Assembly: GCF_017355785.1 (NCBI RefSeq)
Contig: NZ_JAFEWE010000002.1
Span: 110,618 to 174,617, forward strand
Source: Desertivirga arenae
GTDB taxonomy: Bacteria; Bacteroidota; Bacteroidia; Sphingobacteriales; Sphingobacteriaceae
Direction: 5' to 3'
Length of the DNA stretch: 64,000 bases
In this document: one piece after another, positions 30,201 to 38,497 of the stretch
Position numbering within the stretch: the stretch's first letter is position 1
Layout of the letters: the number at the start of each line of letters is the position of its first letter
The notes under the pieces: generated by a model
What the model saw: only the letters and a program-made list of their open reading frames with translations
Databases searched by the model: none
Told to the model about the DNA's origin: nothing
Program-made: the position numbers and the translations under genes

Positions 30201-30561
30201 GCTGGTAATACTTCCAGTAGGTTTCGGCAAGTAAGGATTGCAGGATCCGATTTTCAGGGAAGTCAGCCTTTTCAATATCTTTCTTTAACTGGTTAACGAT
30301 AGGATTAATCTCCTCATCTTCAATTTCTTCAATTAGTTTAATCCGGTAAACTGCTGCTTCGACAAGCCAAAACCCTTTTTTGTCTTTCAGCTGATCTATA
30401 GCATTGATCTTCTTTAAAGCCAACTGAGGCCTGCCAACAATGATTAAAGAATCTGCCTGAAAAATTAAAGTGCGGTAAGCTGCCTCTTGTGCAACAGAAT
30501 TTGTGAATAACAGGGCAAGGAAGGATAACAATAGAGCTTTATGGAATGAGAATTTGAGCAT
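24232..30561 (-). CDS. Alpha-2-macroglobulin family protein (2109 aa) with an N-terminal signal peptide.
   Basis: Signal peptide MLKFSFHKALLLSFLALLFTNSVAQE. Thioester-region motif 'YPYECSEQ' (CxEQ). The very large size is typical of bacterial A2M-like MG-domain proteins. Confidence 0.8.
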   Translation of the reverse strand: MLKFSFHKALLLSFLALLFTNSVAQEAAYRTLIFQADSLIIVGRPQLALKKINAIDQLKDKKGFWLVEAAVYRIKLIEEIEDEEINPIVNQLKKDIEKADFPENRILQSLLAETYWKYYQRNRYDINSRSTLDEPGPDISKWGIQALINETSKFYKQSISNRDRLQEIPIGKYNEILEGDTLTRRLRPTLYDLLAHRSLEFFLNEEPAVTRPKLPFTLNDPELFSDNGALASYQIITADTASTYYEGFKVLQQLTQFHLKDKDPEALIDVDLKRLAFLFQESVLPEKDTLYVRALQKIVDVQKGNLKAEALCLLAEYYKNSRDLIRSRFYAQKATDLDGKLFAISNAKGMIREIENRQMIVEIEKYNIPNQRILASISYRNVKKVFVKVIKLSPLEKKQLNTIEQNIRGKYKPNAKDYQLLLDFFNKKTTGEQFAVDLPDFKDFKDHRTEFQMLPRQIGDHAALVIDANSDELSLTHLVHFTVTRLSFVARQKPDKTKEVLVLDRYSGKPVSGAMVKVTRRDWRKNKPELIGIWKTNDLGKVSFGDYGNLTVKIKKGVDSIEVSDVGISGNTLNRKDADPTPVPNVTFFSDRSIYRPGQKLYFKGLMTSTVNKRSFISKGTNVEVEFWSWGNRSRVGVKDFKTNDFGTFSGSFEIPEDAINGEYWLRTTWGVLSVQVEEYKRPTFSIAVQPIKESYRFNDSVKVRGTVKALAGYGLANTKVAYSIVRTRALGGYPFFSEIENDMVAENNEIKIASDTVITNTSGDFVIPFKALINRQEQSPDMVYNYNIAISSISSTGETHTAKSSVTVGEKLLSISAIMPEEDVLQDTVSIPVSLSNLNGTPQSGKIKAFLYELVSPDTAYRRRLWAHPDTMIIPKIDFLSNFPSYSYIEPKLSNGTLGKMVSDTVIIIRSGLQGIINLRNLSRFKMSGYCLKLFAENEKGDTSSAVYYPNASRVEFGNPNRSGKWIVSLGEKPSKDNRISFAVRVKGSYMLLAEVYKGAEIIYSQWLNPDARNGEVSLPINGTSDFNVQFLAVVDNTVLTWQKEFHMQAQRQNLNVKLLTYRNKVEPGAKENWRLSVSKQRGGISDSEVLVSMYDSSLDGLKKTGGWTQPFLQPVYNSFYYQWNTSDFQSLFSSNALDEDEYFAEMDKSIYEKINDHPSSYRNFYYTYDEPFEDLEHKANKTKNNRTVVDAAYRRNLLLFKNGFDVVGKVIHTALAYPWINIRIDGSSFVTSVDKNGYFKLRVPVGRDLIVSCKYFKDKRIRPLKGFPLLIQFGNGMSIKDPGVKTLEGDPNAEVRIDQPVGATPPSLQALVVEDNAVYEVANIELKAPPLPLLPPPDKLEIQVRKNFNETAFFYPHLLADAKGEVSFDFTMPESLTSWKFRAFAHNKEMESGYGEIEVLTQKKLMVSANMPRFFREGDFITVQARVVNLGSEKIKGRAELEIYDPAKKEHINLLESSEVNKSFSIFGNGATALSYKFKVPEKINTLTYKISAVTGTHTDAEENIIPVLPDKLQITESMPMIVRSGEDKTFVLERLFNSKSSSRESINLAFEFTQNTSWSAIQALPYLIEYPYECSEQIFNRYFANRFASDIVSKYKIIQQVFNQWKAASSSALLSDLEKNKELKSVLIEETPWLKDVQDEEEQKRRIALLFDLNKVSAGLAENAEKLKRAQMSNGAFSWFSGSRYGDPYISKYLLTGFGELKFLVKQGDEELKGVKEGLLKYVESELLNDYRNRGKEGYQADIEGWFARSYFPEKLLGNDLSKAKDYFLNSVQTRWVEEGLSGKAKIALIARRYGDTELSDRIVKSLEESATRSAELGMFWQGNKAGMSVIQSPIETQALLIKVFSECTNNKAAVEEMKVWLLCNKRVAAWESTKATAAAIQALLYETTISAHSGTSQISLGDEDLMKLKPSLKAETATGYLKTNWNTDIKPELAKVRIKNTGTSLNFAALHWQYQQKASEIRPAHSGLFLQRKYFIEKKTENGVVYEELKGIIKPSPGSTIKVILYLDNERNLEYVHLKDLRPSGTEPENVLSGFKYEDRLYYYQVTKDASTNFFISQLPKGSYRFEYNLRAVQSGIFNSGVATIQSIYAPEVSSHTNGGLFEIR

Positions 30562-31019
30562 GTTTAGGAACGGCTTTATCTATGGATTAAACACAACGCC
30601 GGATTCCATAAAAGTAGTGATAAGAATTAATTAAAAAAGCTAGAAGTTCTTGGCAAAAGAGGTACATCCAGTGATAAACGGCCACGACCATAATCAAAAA
30701 AGCGAGCAGTAATACCGCTCGCTTTTTATCAACCTAACCCCACTAATCTAAAACTATGAAAATCTTCTATCCTTATTGAATATGCTGTTTTCTACGGCAG
30801 GAAAATTAAAGAGTTACTCGCTTTCTTTTTCCTTAAACTTTTATGACAAAGTTTGGAATACTTACCTTTTCCAAATTGAAAAACCTTCTTTCATTTCGGA
30901 AAAACAAGGGACTGATTTTTGCCAACAAAACAGCCCTCACATTCCTTTAAAAGCCCTTTTATCTTTCTGGCACATCTATAGTATCTATCCTTCCAACAAT
31001 CTAAACATTCAATAATAAG

Positions 31020-32981
31020 ATGGATAATTTAATGCAAATTCTGGCTTACGGGTGGCTGTTAATACTCGTACTAGGTATTGTTTTTTACAAACCTATTCTT
31101 AGGGTTTTCTTTGGGATGGTGATCGTACCGGAAGACCGCATTGGTCTGGTGACAAAGAAGTTCGTGCTCTATGGGCCGAATAAGGAATTGCCAGACGGCC
31201 GCATTATTGCGACAAAAGGAGAAGCGGGTTTTCAGGCCCGGACCCTTGCTCCGGGTCTTTACTGGCGGATGTGGCCATGGCAGTATGGGGTTGAGCTTCA
31301 GCCCTTCACTGTTATACCGCATGGAAAAGTAGGCTTGATACTGTCTAAAGACGGAGCGGAAATCCCGACAGGAAATATCCTGGGACGAAAAGTAGAATGC
31401 GATAATTTCCAGGATGCAGGTGCTTTCCTTGCTAATGGAGGACAAAAAGGTAGACAAACCTCTATTATTACAGCAGGTACCTACCGTATAAATACTTTCG
31501 CTTTTGATATTTCAATTATCGATATGACCATCATTCGTGAGAATATGGTAGGGATCGTTACTACCTTGGATGGCTTGCCTATTTCTGCAGGCCAGATAGC
31601 TGGTAAGACGGTTGATGGACACAATAACTTTCAGGATTTCGACACGTTCCTGGAGTTGAAAGGAAATAGAGGTTTACAACCACAAATTGTTCTTGCAGGT
31701 TCTTACAATATCAATAAATGGGCTGTTCAGATAGAGGAAATACCGATGACAACAGTTCCGATCGGTCACGTTGGAGTAGTGATCTCTTTTATTGGCGAAG
31801 ATGGTACGGATGTTACCGGTGAAACTTTTAAGCATGGTAATATCGTGGCCAAAGGTTTCAGGGGTGTTTGGATGGAAGCTTTAGGTCCGGGTAAGTACCC
31901 GATCAATACGTATACTATGAATGTTGAGTCTGTTCCGACCACTAACCTTGTCCTTAACTGGGCAAATGCCAGAAGTGAATCGCACGCGCTGGATAAGAAC
32001 CTATCAACTATTACGGTGAGATCTCGCGATGGTTTCCCTTTCAACCTTGACGTTGCACAGATCATTCACGTTCCGGCAAATGAGGCCCCTAAGGTTATTG
32101 CCCGCTTTGGCAGCATGACTAATCTGGTGTCGCAGGTCCTCGAGCCCACTATCGGTAACTACTTCCGTAACTCGGCACAGGATAGTGATGTAATATCCTT
32201 CCTGACCACTCGTAAAGAGCGTCAGGAATCAGCGAGAGAGCATATCCGCCAGGTGCTGGAAGAGTACAACGTGATTGCCGTAGACACCCTTATAGGGGAT
32301 ATTGTTCCTCCGGAAGCTTTGATGCGGACGCTTACCAATCGTAAAATTGCTGAGGAGGAAGAGAAGACTTACGAAACACAAAAGCTGGCTCAGGAAAAGC
32401 GTCAGGGGATGGAGAAAGAGACTGCCATTGCCGACATGCAGAAAGAGATCGTAAAAGCACAGCAGAGTGTTGAAATTGCACAACGCACTGCAGATGCAGC
32501 GGTTAAGAAATCTGAAGGTGAAGCTGCCAGCCTGAAACTTCAGGTAAACGCAGAATCTGAAGCTACTAAAATGAGGGCCAGCGCCGAATCTGAGGCTACA
32601 CGTTTAAGGGCAGGTGCTCAGGCTGATGCTACAAAATTGAACGCTTCTGCTGAAGCGGAAAAGATCTCGAAAACAGGTTTGGCGGAAGCCGAAAAGATCA
32701 TGGCCATCGGTAAATCTACTGCTGAGGCTTATGAACTTCAAGTCAGAGCCATGGGTGGGGATAACTTTACCAAGTTTAAAATTACTGAAGAACTTGGAAA
32801 AGGTAAGGTTAAGATCATCCCTGATGTGCTGATTGGAGGGAATAATGGTGGAAGTGATGGCCCAATAAGCGGTCTCTTAGGATTGAAATTGATGGATATG
32901 CTCGATCCAGACAAGAAACTTAGTGAAGAAAGCTGTGTTCCTGCGACATCAACTGTTGAGGATCATAAAAATAAGAACTAA
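31020..32981 (+). CDS. Flotillin / SPFH (band-7) family membrane protein, YqiK-like.
   Basis: N-terminal transmembrane helix, a duplicated SPFH-like region, and a C-terminal coiled coil with Ala/Glu-rich repeats (AESEAT.., AEAEK). Confidence 0.75.
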   Translation: MDNLMQILAYGWLLILVLGIVFYKPILRVFFGMVIVPEDRIGLVTKKFVLYGPNKELPDGRIIATKGEAGFQARTLAPGLYWRMWPWQYGVELQPFTVIPHGKVGLILSKDGAEIPTGNILGRKVECDNFQDAGAFLANGGQKGRQTSIITAGTYRINTFAFDISIIDMTIIRENMVGIVTTLDGLPISAGQIAGKTVDGHNNFQDFDTFLELKGNRGLQPQIVLAGSYNINKWAVQIEEIPMTTVPIGHVGVVISFIGEDGTDVTGETFKHGNIVAKGFRGVWMEALGPGKYPINTYTMNVESVPTTNLVLNWANARSESHALDKNLSTITVRSRDGFPFNLDVAQIIHVPANEAPKVIARFGSMTNLVSQVLEPTIGNYFRNSAQDSDVISFLTTRKERQESAREHIRQVLEEYNVIAVDTLIGDIVPPEALMRTLTNRKIAEEEEKTYETQKLAQEKRQGMEKETAIADMQKEIVKAQQSVEIAQRTADAAVKKSEGEAASLKLQVNAESEATKMRASAESEATRLRAGAQADATKLNASAEAEKISKTGLAEAEKIMAIGKSTAEAYELQVRAMGGDNFTKFKITEELGKGKVKIIPDVLIGGNNGGSDGPISGLLGLKLMDMLDPDKKLSEESCVPATSTVEDHKNKN

Positions 32982-32987
32982 TAAAAG

Positions 32988-33015
32988 TGGGAGCTGATTG
33001 GCTCCCTTTTTTTAT
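32988..33015 (+). terminator. Intrinsic terminator (gggagc-tgattg-gctccc plus T8).
   Basis: Directly after the flotillin stop codon. Confidence 0.65.
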
Positions 33016-33207
33016 TACAACTTAAACTTCAAATCTATTGGTTATGGAACGGTGCCCGGAAGTAATTTTACTGAGTCACATTATCCTAATTACTTTAGGT
33101 AAGTCCCTTTACTTTTACCCTAGGCTTTAGGAAGATCCATTGATCTGTTCATTATTTCTCCTAATGCCATATATTTCTTCGAGTCGAATCCTTTTCTCTC
33201 TTTATAT

Positions 33208-34176
33208 TTGAATTTCGCAAACTTAGAAAGTATGAGTAGCAGCCTAAAAAGTACTAGTCTTGAACAATTCTATGAAGAGGCATCCATCTTCAGCGGAAAG
33301 GATATTAACAGTCTCCTGCCTCCTGACATTAACCGGGAAATAGGGCATTTTAACATTTTTGATATTGCTGAAACCATCAGGGAGCAAAGGAAGAAACAGG
33401 AGATGCCCTATAGTAGAAGGTCTTATTACAAGATAAGTCTGATAAAGGGTAGGAGTACCGCCGAATACGCTGATAAAGTAATTGAGATCAATAAGAATGC
33501 CTTGCTGTTTGCTACTCCAAAGGTTCCCTATCATTGGATCCCCAGGGAAGAAAGCCTGAATGGAAGCTTTTGTATTTTCAGTAGTGAATTCCTTATAAAG
33601 GCCAAGAGTGGGGTTGACATAGACGAACTTCCTATTTTCAAAGCTGGAGGCTATCCTGTCTTCCAGCTAAACGATGATGAAATTGAAGAGATAGAGTTCA
33701 TTTTCAGAAAGATGAAAAAAGAAATATCTTCCGACTATGTGTATAAATATGATCTTCTGAGGAATTATGTTGTAGAGCTGATACACTATGGACAAAAGCT
33801 TCAGCCTCTCGGTATAAATACAAATACAGAAAAAAACGCTTCGGCAAGGGTAACTTCCCTGTTTATCGAGTTACTGGAGCGGCAATTCCCCATTGAATCA
33901 CCAAATCAGAAGCTGAATTTGCGCTCTGCAAAGGATTTCGCTGATACGCTGGCTATTCATGTTAATCATTTAAACAAAGCTTTAAAAGAAAGTACGGGCA
34001 AAACAACCACTAGTATTATCAGCAGCAGGGTTCTGCAGGAAGCAAAGATCCTTCTAAAGCAAACCGACTGGAATGTCTCAGAGATTGCCTACAGCCTCGG
34101 ATTTGAAGAAGTTGCGCACTTTTCTAATTTCTTCAAAAAGCAAACTTCGTACACTCCTCTTTCTTTCCGCTCCTAA
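33208..34176 (+). CDS. AraC-family transcriptional regulator.
   Basis: C-terminal dual HTH: 'AKDFADTLAIHVNHLNKALKE..G...S.II..RVLQEAKILLKQTDWNVSEIAYSLGFEEVAHFSNFFKK'. Confidence 0.8.
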   Translation: MNFANLESMSSSLKSTSLEQFYEEASIFSGKDINSLLPPDINREIGHFNIFDIAETIREQRKKQEMPYSRRSYYKISLIKGRSTAEYADKVIEINKNALLFATPKVPYHWIPREESLNGSFCIFSSEFLIKAKSGVDIDELPIFKAGGYPVFQLNDDEIEEIEFIFRKMKKEISSDYVYKYDLLRNYVVELIHYGQKLQPLGINTNTEKNASARVTSLFIELLERQFPIESPNQKLNLRSAKDFADTLAIHVNHLNKALKESTGKTTTSIISSRVLQEAKILLKQTDWNVSEIAYSLGFEEVAHFSNFFKKQTSYTPLSFRS

Positions 34177-34280
34177 TCTTATTATTTGAAATTTGCAAAA
34201 AACAATTTGAAGCATGCAAACATAGGGAGCGAACTATGGAGCATTTTTGTGTTATAATTTTTTGGCTAAACAGATAAAAA

Positions 34281-35045
34281 ATGAATACACAGAACAAAAT
34301 TGCATTAGTTACCGGCGGAAGCCGTGGTCTTGGCAGGGATATGGCACTCAGCCTGGCAAAAAAAGGGATAAACGTTGCGTTAACCTATCACCAGAATAAG
34401 GTTGAAGCTGATAAAGTGGTTGAAGAAATCCGGGAACTGGGACAAGAGGCAGAAGCCTTTCAGTTGAACACCGCCGACACAAAATCTTTTGGTGATTTCT
34501 TTGGACGTTTAAGTAATTGGCTTAAAACTAAGAACGAGGCTGGTACATTTGATTTCCTGATCAACAATGCCGGGACAGCGTTATACGCTCCATTTGCTGA
34601 GACTACCGAAGAGCAGTTTGACGAAGTACTTAATATACATCTTAAAGGAGTCTTCTTTTTCACTCAAAAAGCCTTGAATCATATTAACGACCATGGCAGG
34701 ATCATCAATATTTCTTCAGGATTGGCTCGTTTCTCATTCCCTGGATCATCTGCCTATGGTGCCATGAAAGGAGCTGTTGAAGTACTGACCCGTTACATGG
34801 CGAAAGAACTTGGGCCACGTAGAATCTCTGCAAACATTGTTGCTCCGGGAGCTATCGCGACTGACTTTGGAGGCGGCCGTGTGCGAGATAATAAAGAGAT
34901 GAATGATCATATCTCCTCATTAACGGCTTTGGGTCGTGTAGGACTTGCTGACGACATTGGCGGAGTAGTAGCTTTCCTTTGTACAGAAGAAGCAAAATGG
35001 ATCAACGGACAGCGTATCGAAGTTTCAGGAGGTATGCTGCTATAA
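34281..35045 (+). CDS. SDR-family oxidoreductase (short-chain dehydrogenase/reductase).
   Basis: TGGSRGLG Rossmann motif, NNAG, and catalytic S...Y..K (SAYGAMK). Confidence 0.9.
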   Translation: MNTQNKIALVTGGSRGLGRDMALSLAKKGINVALTYHQNKVEADKVVEEIRELGQEAEAFQLNTADTKSFGDFFGRLSNWLKTKNEAGTFDFLINNAGTALYAPFAETTEEQFDEVLNIHLKGVFFFTQKALNHINDHGRIINISSGLARFSFPGSSAYGAMKGAVEVLTRYMAKELGPRRISANIVAPGAIATDFGGGRVRDNKEMNDHISSLTALGRVGLADDIGGVVAFLCTEEAKWINGQRIEVSGGMLL

Positions 35046-35054
35046 GACTTTTTT

Positions 35055-35085
35055 TCCGGGAGTAATTTAACTCCCGGACCTTTTA
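35055..35085 (+). terminator. Intrinsic terminator (tccgggagt-aatttaa-actcccgga, flanked by T-runs).
   Basis: Immediately after the SDR stop codon. Confidence 0.6.
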
Positions 35086-35494
35086 TCACATGATGTTGCG
35101 GTAGAAAAACATCACCCACTCCTAATATACCCGCCCTATATCTAAAAAATCCAGATCCGCGCTGCCGATTTTTCAACTTCACCTAAATAGCATAAAACGC
35201 AGCACAGGACCAAAGAAAAGGGGCGCTTTCCGATTTGATGAGCGATGTTTTATTTTCAGGAGAGATTGAAGCAGGAAAAGTAAGTTTGCAAAGACCACCA
35301 GGCAGGAGGGTAAGATAATTAGAGCTTAAATGCTTTTAGGGCACAAAAGGAAGGATAACTGCCTTATTCACGAGGCCTTGTAGTGGTAATGTAGGGTTAA
35401 GACAGCAATTTTTCTTATAAAGGCAAAGGCTGTATGAGGAAAAGATTTCTTACTTTAACCGCTCTTTTCGAGCTATAGAATATGAAAGTATTCG

Positions 35495-38449
35495 GTGACA
35501 AAATTAACCTTTAAAACTATTGTTAATCTTTATTTTTCAGAACGCGATTTAATGGTACGCATTGCACTTGTGTTTTCTTTATTGACCGCATCGCTAACCC
35601 TTTTTGGTCAAAGCCAGATAGCCTCTCCTAAAATTATAAACTATAGTGCCGACCAGTATAAAAGTGGAATTCAAAACTACGCGGTAACACAGGATAAGCA
35701 GGGCATCCTTTACTTTGGAAATAAGGAGGGGCTTTTAACTTTCAATGGAAGATATTGGAATAAATTCTCTTTGCCCAACCTTACAGGAATTAAGTCTGTA
35801 AAAGTGGATTCTAAAAACAGGATCTACGTTGGAGGTGAAGACGAACTGGGATATTTCTTTCCCGGCAAGAATGGTGTACTAAAATATCATTCACTACTGA
35901 ACCTTATTCCTGAAAAACAAAGAACGATGGCTCATATATGGAACATCGTTATAGTTCGCGACGAGGTATTCTTTCGGTCTCTATCCTGTATTATCCGCTA
36001 CAAAGAGGGAGTTGTAAATGTATACAAACCTGAGCTGGAATGGAGCTTTTTAGGTAATGTAGGGGATAAGGTTTATGCTCAATCCAAAGAAAGGGGCTTG
36101 TTCACTTTTGAGAATGGAGTCTGGAAACCGATGCCGGGAACATCAAACTTGAATGGCACAACCATAACATCAGCCCTTTCTTATGATAAAGGAACAGTGG
36201 TATTCAGTACGATGAAAGACGGCCTATTTATGTTGGCCGGAGAACAGCTAACACGAAAACCAACGAGCCTAGACAGAAGTCTTCTGGCAGACCGGGTCTA
36301 TAGCGGAACTAATATCGGTACAGAATGGATCGCTTTGGGGACGGCCTCCTCCGGACTGCTGATTCTGGATAAAGCAGGGAATCTTATCCAACGATACTCT
36401 TATCCTGAGGGTTTGCAAAACGATAACATCAGGGCAACTTTTGTAGACCGTAATGGCTCTTTATGGTTGGGATTGGATGATGGGATTGACATGATCGCTA
36501 TAAATAGTGCGGTAAAATATATTCGTCCCGACAAAACTAACCAGGTAACTTTTACGACAAAAGTTTTTGGTGGGAAGTTATACATTGGATCCTCGAATGG
36601 TCTTTATTATACACAACTGGAGGGAGGAAAAGACGACCTGAGTCTGAGTAAAGGGGTGTTTAAGAAGGTACCTGATCTTCACGGACAGATCTGGACCATA
36701 GACGAGGTAAACAATCAACTACTGGTAGCTCATGAAGGGGGACTTTTTAATTTAGGTGAAAAGGGTATTAACACACTTTATTCCAAATCGGGTGCCTGGA
36801 TCCTTCAACCGGTTTCTAAAGTTTATCCCACGCCAAACGTACTTGCAGGAGCCTATAACAGCTTGCAATTATTAAACTTCAAAAATGATCAGTTTTCTCC
36901 ATCTGTTACAGTAAGCGGACTTAATGAATCCTTAAGATTTCTCGTTTACGATGATGCTACTAATATTGCCTGGGCCTCCCACCCTTATCATGGCATCTAT
37001 AAAATTGAGCTATCTCCTGACCTTAAGAAGGTAGTCAGGTATACCGTTTACACTCAAAAGGACGGCCTCCCTTCTACGCTGTATAATTACGTTTACCGTG
37101 TACATAACAGGGTTGTCATTGCTACGGAAAAAGGTATTTATGAGTATGACACACCTTCAAACAAGTTCGTGTTCTCGTCCTTCTTTAAGCCCTATTTCAA
37201 CAATATTCCCGTGATCTATCTGAAAGAAGACAACGATGGGAATGTGTGGTTTGTTACCAGGGCAAAAGAAGTGGGTGTAGTTGAATTAACAGAGGAGAAA
37301 AAAGGCCAGGTAACCTACTTCCCTGAGATTAAAGAAAAAATAGTAGGAGGCTTTGAATCGATCTACCCTTACAATAGCAGTAATATTTTTATTGGCGCTA
37401 CTAAAGGCGTTCTTCATATAAATTACGATAAGTTTAAACAAACGAAGAAAGAGCTGCGAGTTTTGTTGGGTTTGGTAAAGATCATTGGCGACAAAGACAG
37501 CACTATTCACGGAGGATATTTTACTGATCAGGGAGGCATCCTTGACACCCAGTCCAGAAAAAACATCTTATCCTTAAGTCATGATCAAAACTTCCTCCAT
37601 TTCGAGTTTTCATCGACATTCTATAACGAGCAGGGGAATATAGAATATAGCTGTTTCCTGGAAGGAATAGATAAAAGCTGGTCGCCCTGGAGTAGTAAGA
37701 GTGAAAAAGATTATACGAGTTTACCTGCGGGTAAATATACGTTCAAAGTAAAGGCCAGAGATAATTCAGGACTTGAATCAGAGGCAGTTAGCTATAGCTT
37801 TGTTATTTCACCTGTATGGTACAGAAGTGTTTGGAGTTACATTCTTTATGTCTTTGCGCTCATCTTTCTGATCTTCCGTTTGCTGAAATGGCAACAGAAG
37901 AAACATATCAAAGCACAGGAGCGCCTTCATTACCTTAATCAGCTGGAACGCGACAAGACAGAAAAAGAGATCATCCGTCTGAAAAATGAAAAGCTGGAAG
38001 CAGATATTGACTTCAAAAACCGCGAATTAACCAATATGGTAATGCACCTTGTACAGCGTGGCAAGGTGATCGAAAAAATAAAAGAAGAATTGACTGTAGT
38101 TTCAAAGGGAAGCGAAAACAATGGAAATTCTGCTAATTTTAAAAGGCTTCATCGCTTAATTGCAGATGTGGAGAAAGGTGAAAAGGACTGGGAACAATTT
38201 AACTCCCACTTCAACAACGTTCACTCTGACTTCTTTAAAAACCTGCAGAAGGTCTGTCCGGAATTAACAGCTAACGAACTTAAACTCTGCGCTTTTATTA
38301 AGATGAATCTGTCAACCAAGGAGATCGCCCAACTGATGAACATTACAACAAAAGCAGTGGAAGTTGCAAGGTATAGGCTTCGCAAAAAGCTGAACCTCAA
38401 TCCCGAGATTAATTTGTACGGTTATTTGGTTCAGGTACTGGAGAAATAG
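35495..38449 (+). CDS. One-component regulator: periplasmic beta-propeller / Y_Y_Y sensor region, a single transmembrane helix, and a cytoplasmic coiled coil plus LuxR-type HTH.
   Basis: Repeated propeller-like blocks, the transmembrane segment 'VWSYILYVFALIFLIFRLL', and the C-terminal 'LTANELKLCAFIKMNLSTKEIAQLMNITTKAVEVARYRLRKKL' (LuxR/GerE HTH). There is no HisKA, HATPase or receiver domain. Confidence 0.8.
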   Translation: MTKLTFKTIVNLYFSERDLMVRIALVFSLLTASLTLFGQSQIASPKIINYSADQYKSGIQNYAVTQDKQGILYFGNKEGLLTFNGRYWNKFSLPNLTGIKSVKVDSKNRIYVGGEDELGYFFPGKNGVLKYHSLLNLIPEKQRTMAHIWNIVIVRDEVFFRSLSCIIRYKEGVVNVYKPELEWSFLGNVGDKVYAQSKERGLFTFENGVWKPMPGTSNLNGTTITSALSYDKGTVVFSTMKDGLFMLAGEQLTRKPTSLDRSLLADRVYSGTNIGTEWIALGTASSGLLILDKAGNLIQRYSYPEGLQNDNIRATFVDRNGSLWLGLDDGIDMIAINSAVKYIRPDKTNQVTFTTKVFGGKLYIGSSNGLYYTQLEGGKDDLSLSKGVFKKVPDLHGQIWTIDEVNNQLLVAHEGGLFNLGEKGINTLYSKSGAWILQPVSKVYPTPNVLAGAYNSLQLLNFKNDQFSPSVTVSGLNESLRFLVYDDATNIAWASHPYHGIYKIELSPDLKKVVRYTVYTQKDGLPSTLYNYVYRVHNRVVIATEKGIYEYDTPSNKFVFSSFFKPYFNNIPVIYLKEDNDGNVWFVTRAKEVGVVELTEEKKGQVTYFPEIKEKIVGGFESIYPYNSSNIFIGATKGVLHINYDKFKQTKKELRVLLGLVKIIGDKDSTIHGGYFTDQGGILDTQSRKNILSLSHDQNFLHFEFSSTFYNEQGNIEYSCFLEGIDKSWSPWSSKSEKDYTSLPAGKYTFKVKARDNSGLESEAVSYSFVISPVWYRSVWSYILYVFALIFLIFRLLKWQQKKHIKAQERLHYLNQLERDKTEKEIIRLKNEKLEADIDFKNRELTNMVMHLVQRGKVIEKIKEELTVVSKGSENNGNSANFKRLHRLIADVEKGEKDWEQFNSHFNNVHSDFFKNLQKVCPELTANELKLCAFIKMNLSTKEIAQLMNITTKAVEVARYRLRKKLNLNPEINLYGYLVQVLEK

Positions 38450-38497
38450 GCAGATTTATACTCAGGCAAAGCAGCTTTAATATGCCTGCCTGAGGGA

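Noticed and set aside
30776-31015. A 79-aa + strand ORF upstream of the flotillin gene.
   Set aside because: It is low-complexity, Ser/Phe/Leu-rich, in an AT-rich promoter region, with no motif or coupling to neighbours. It is likely non-coding.
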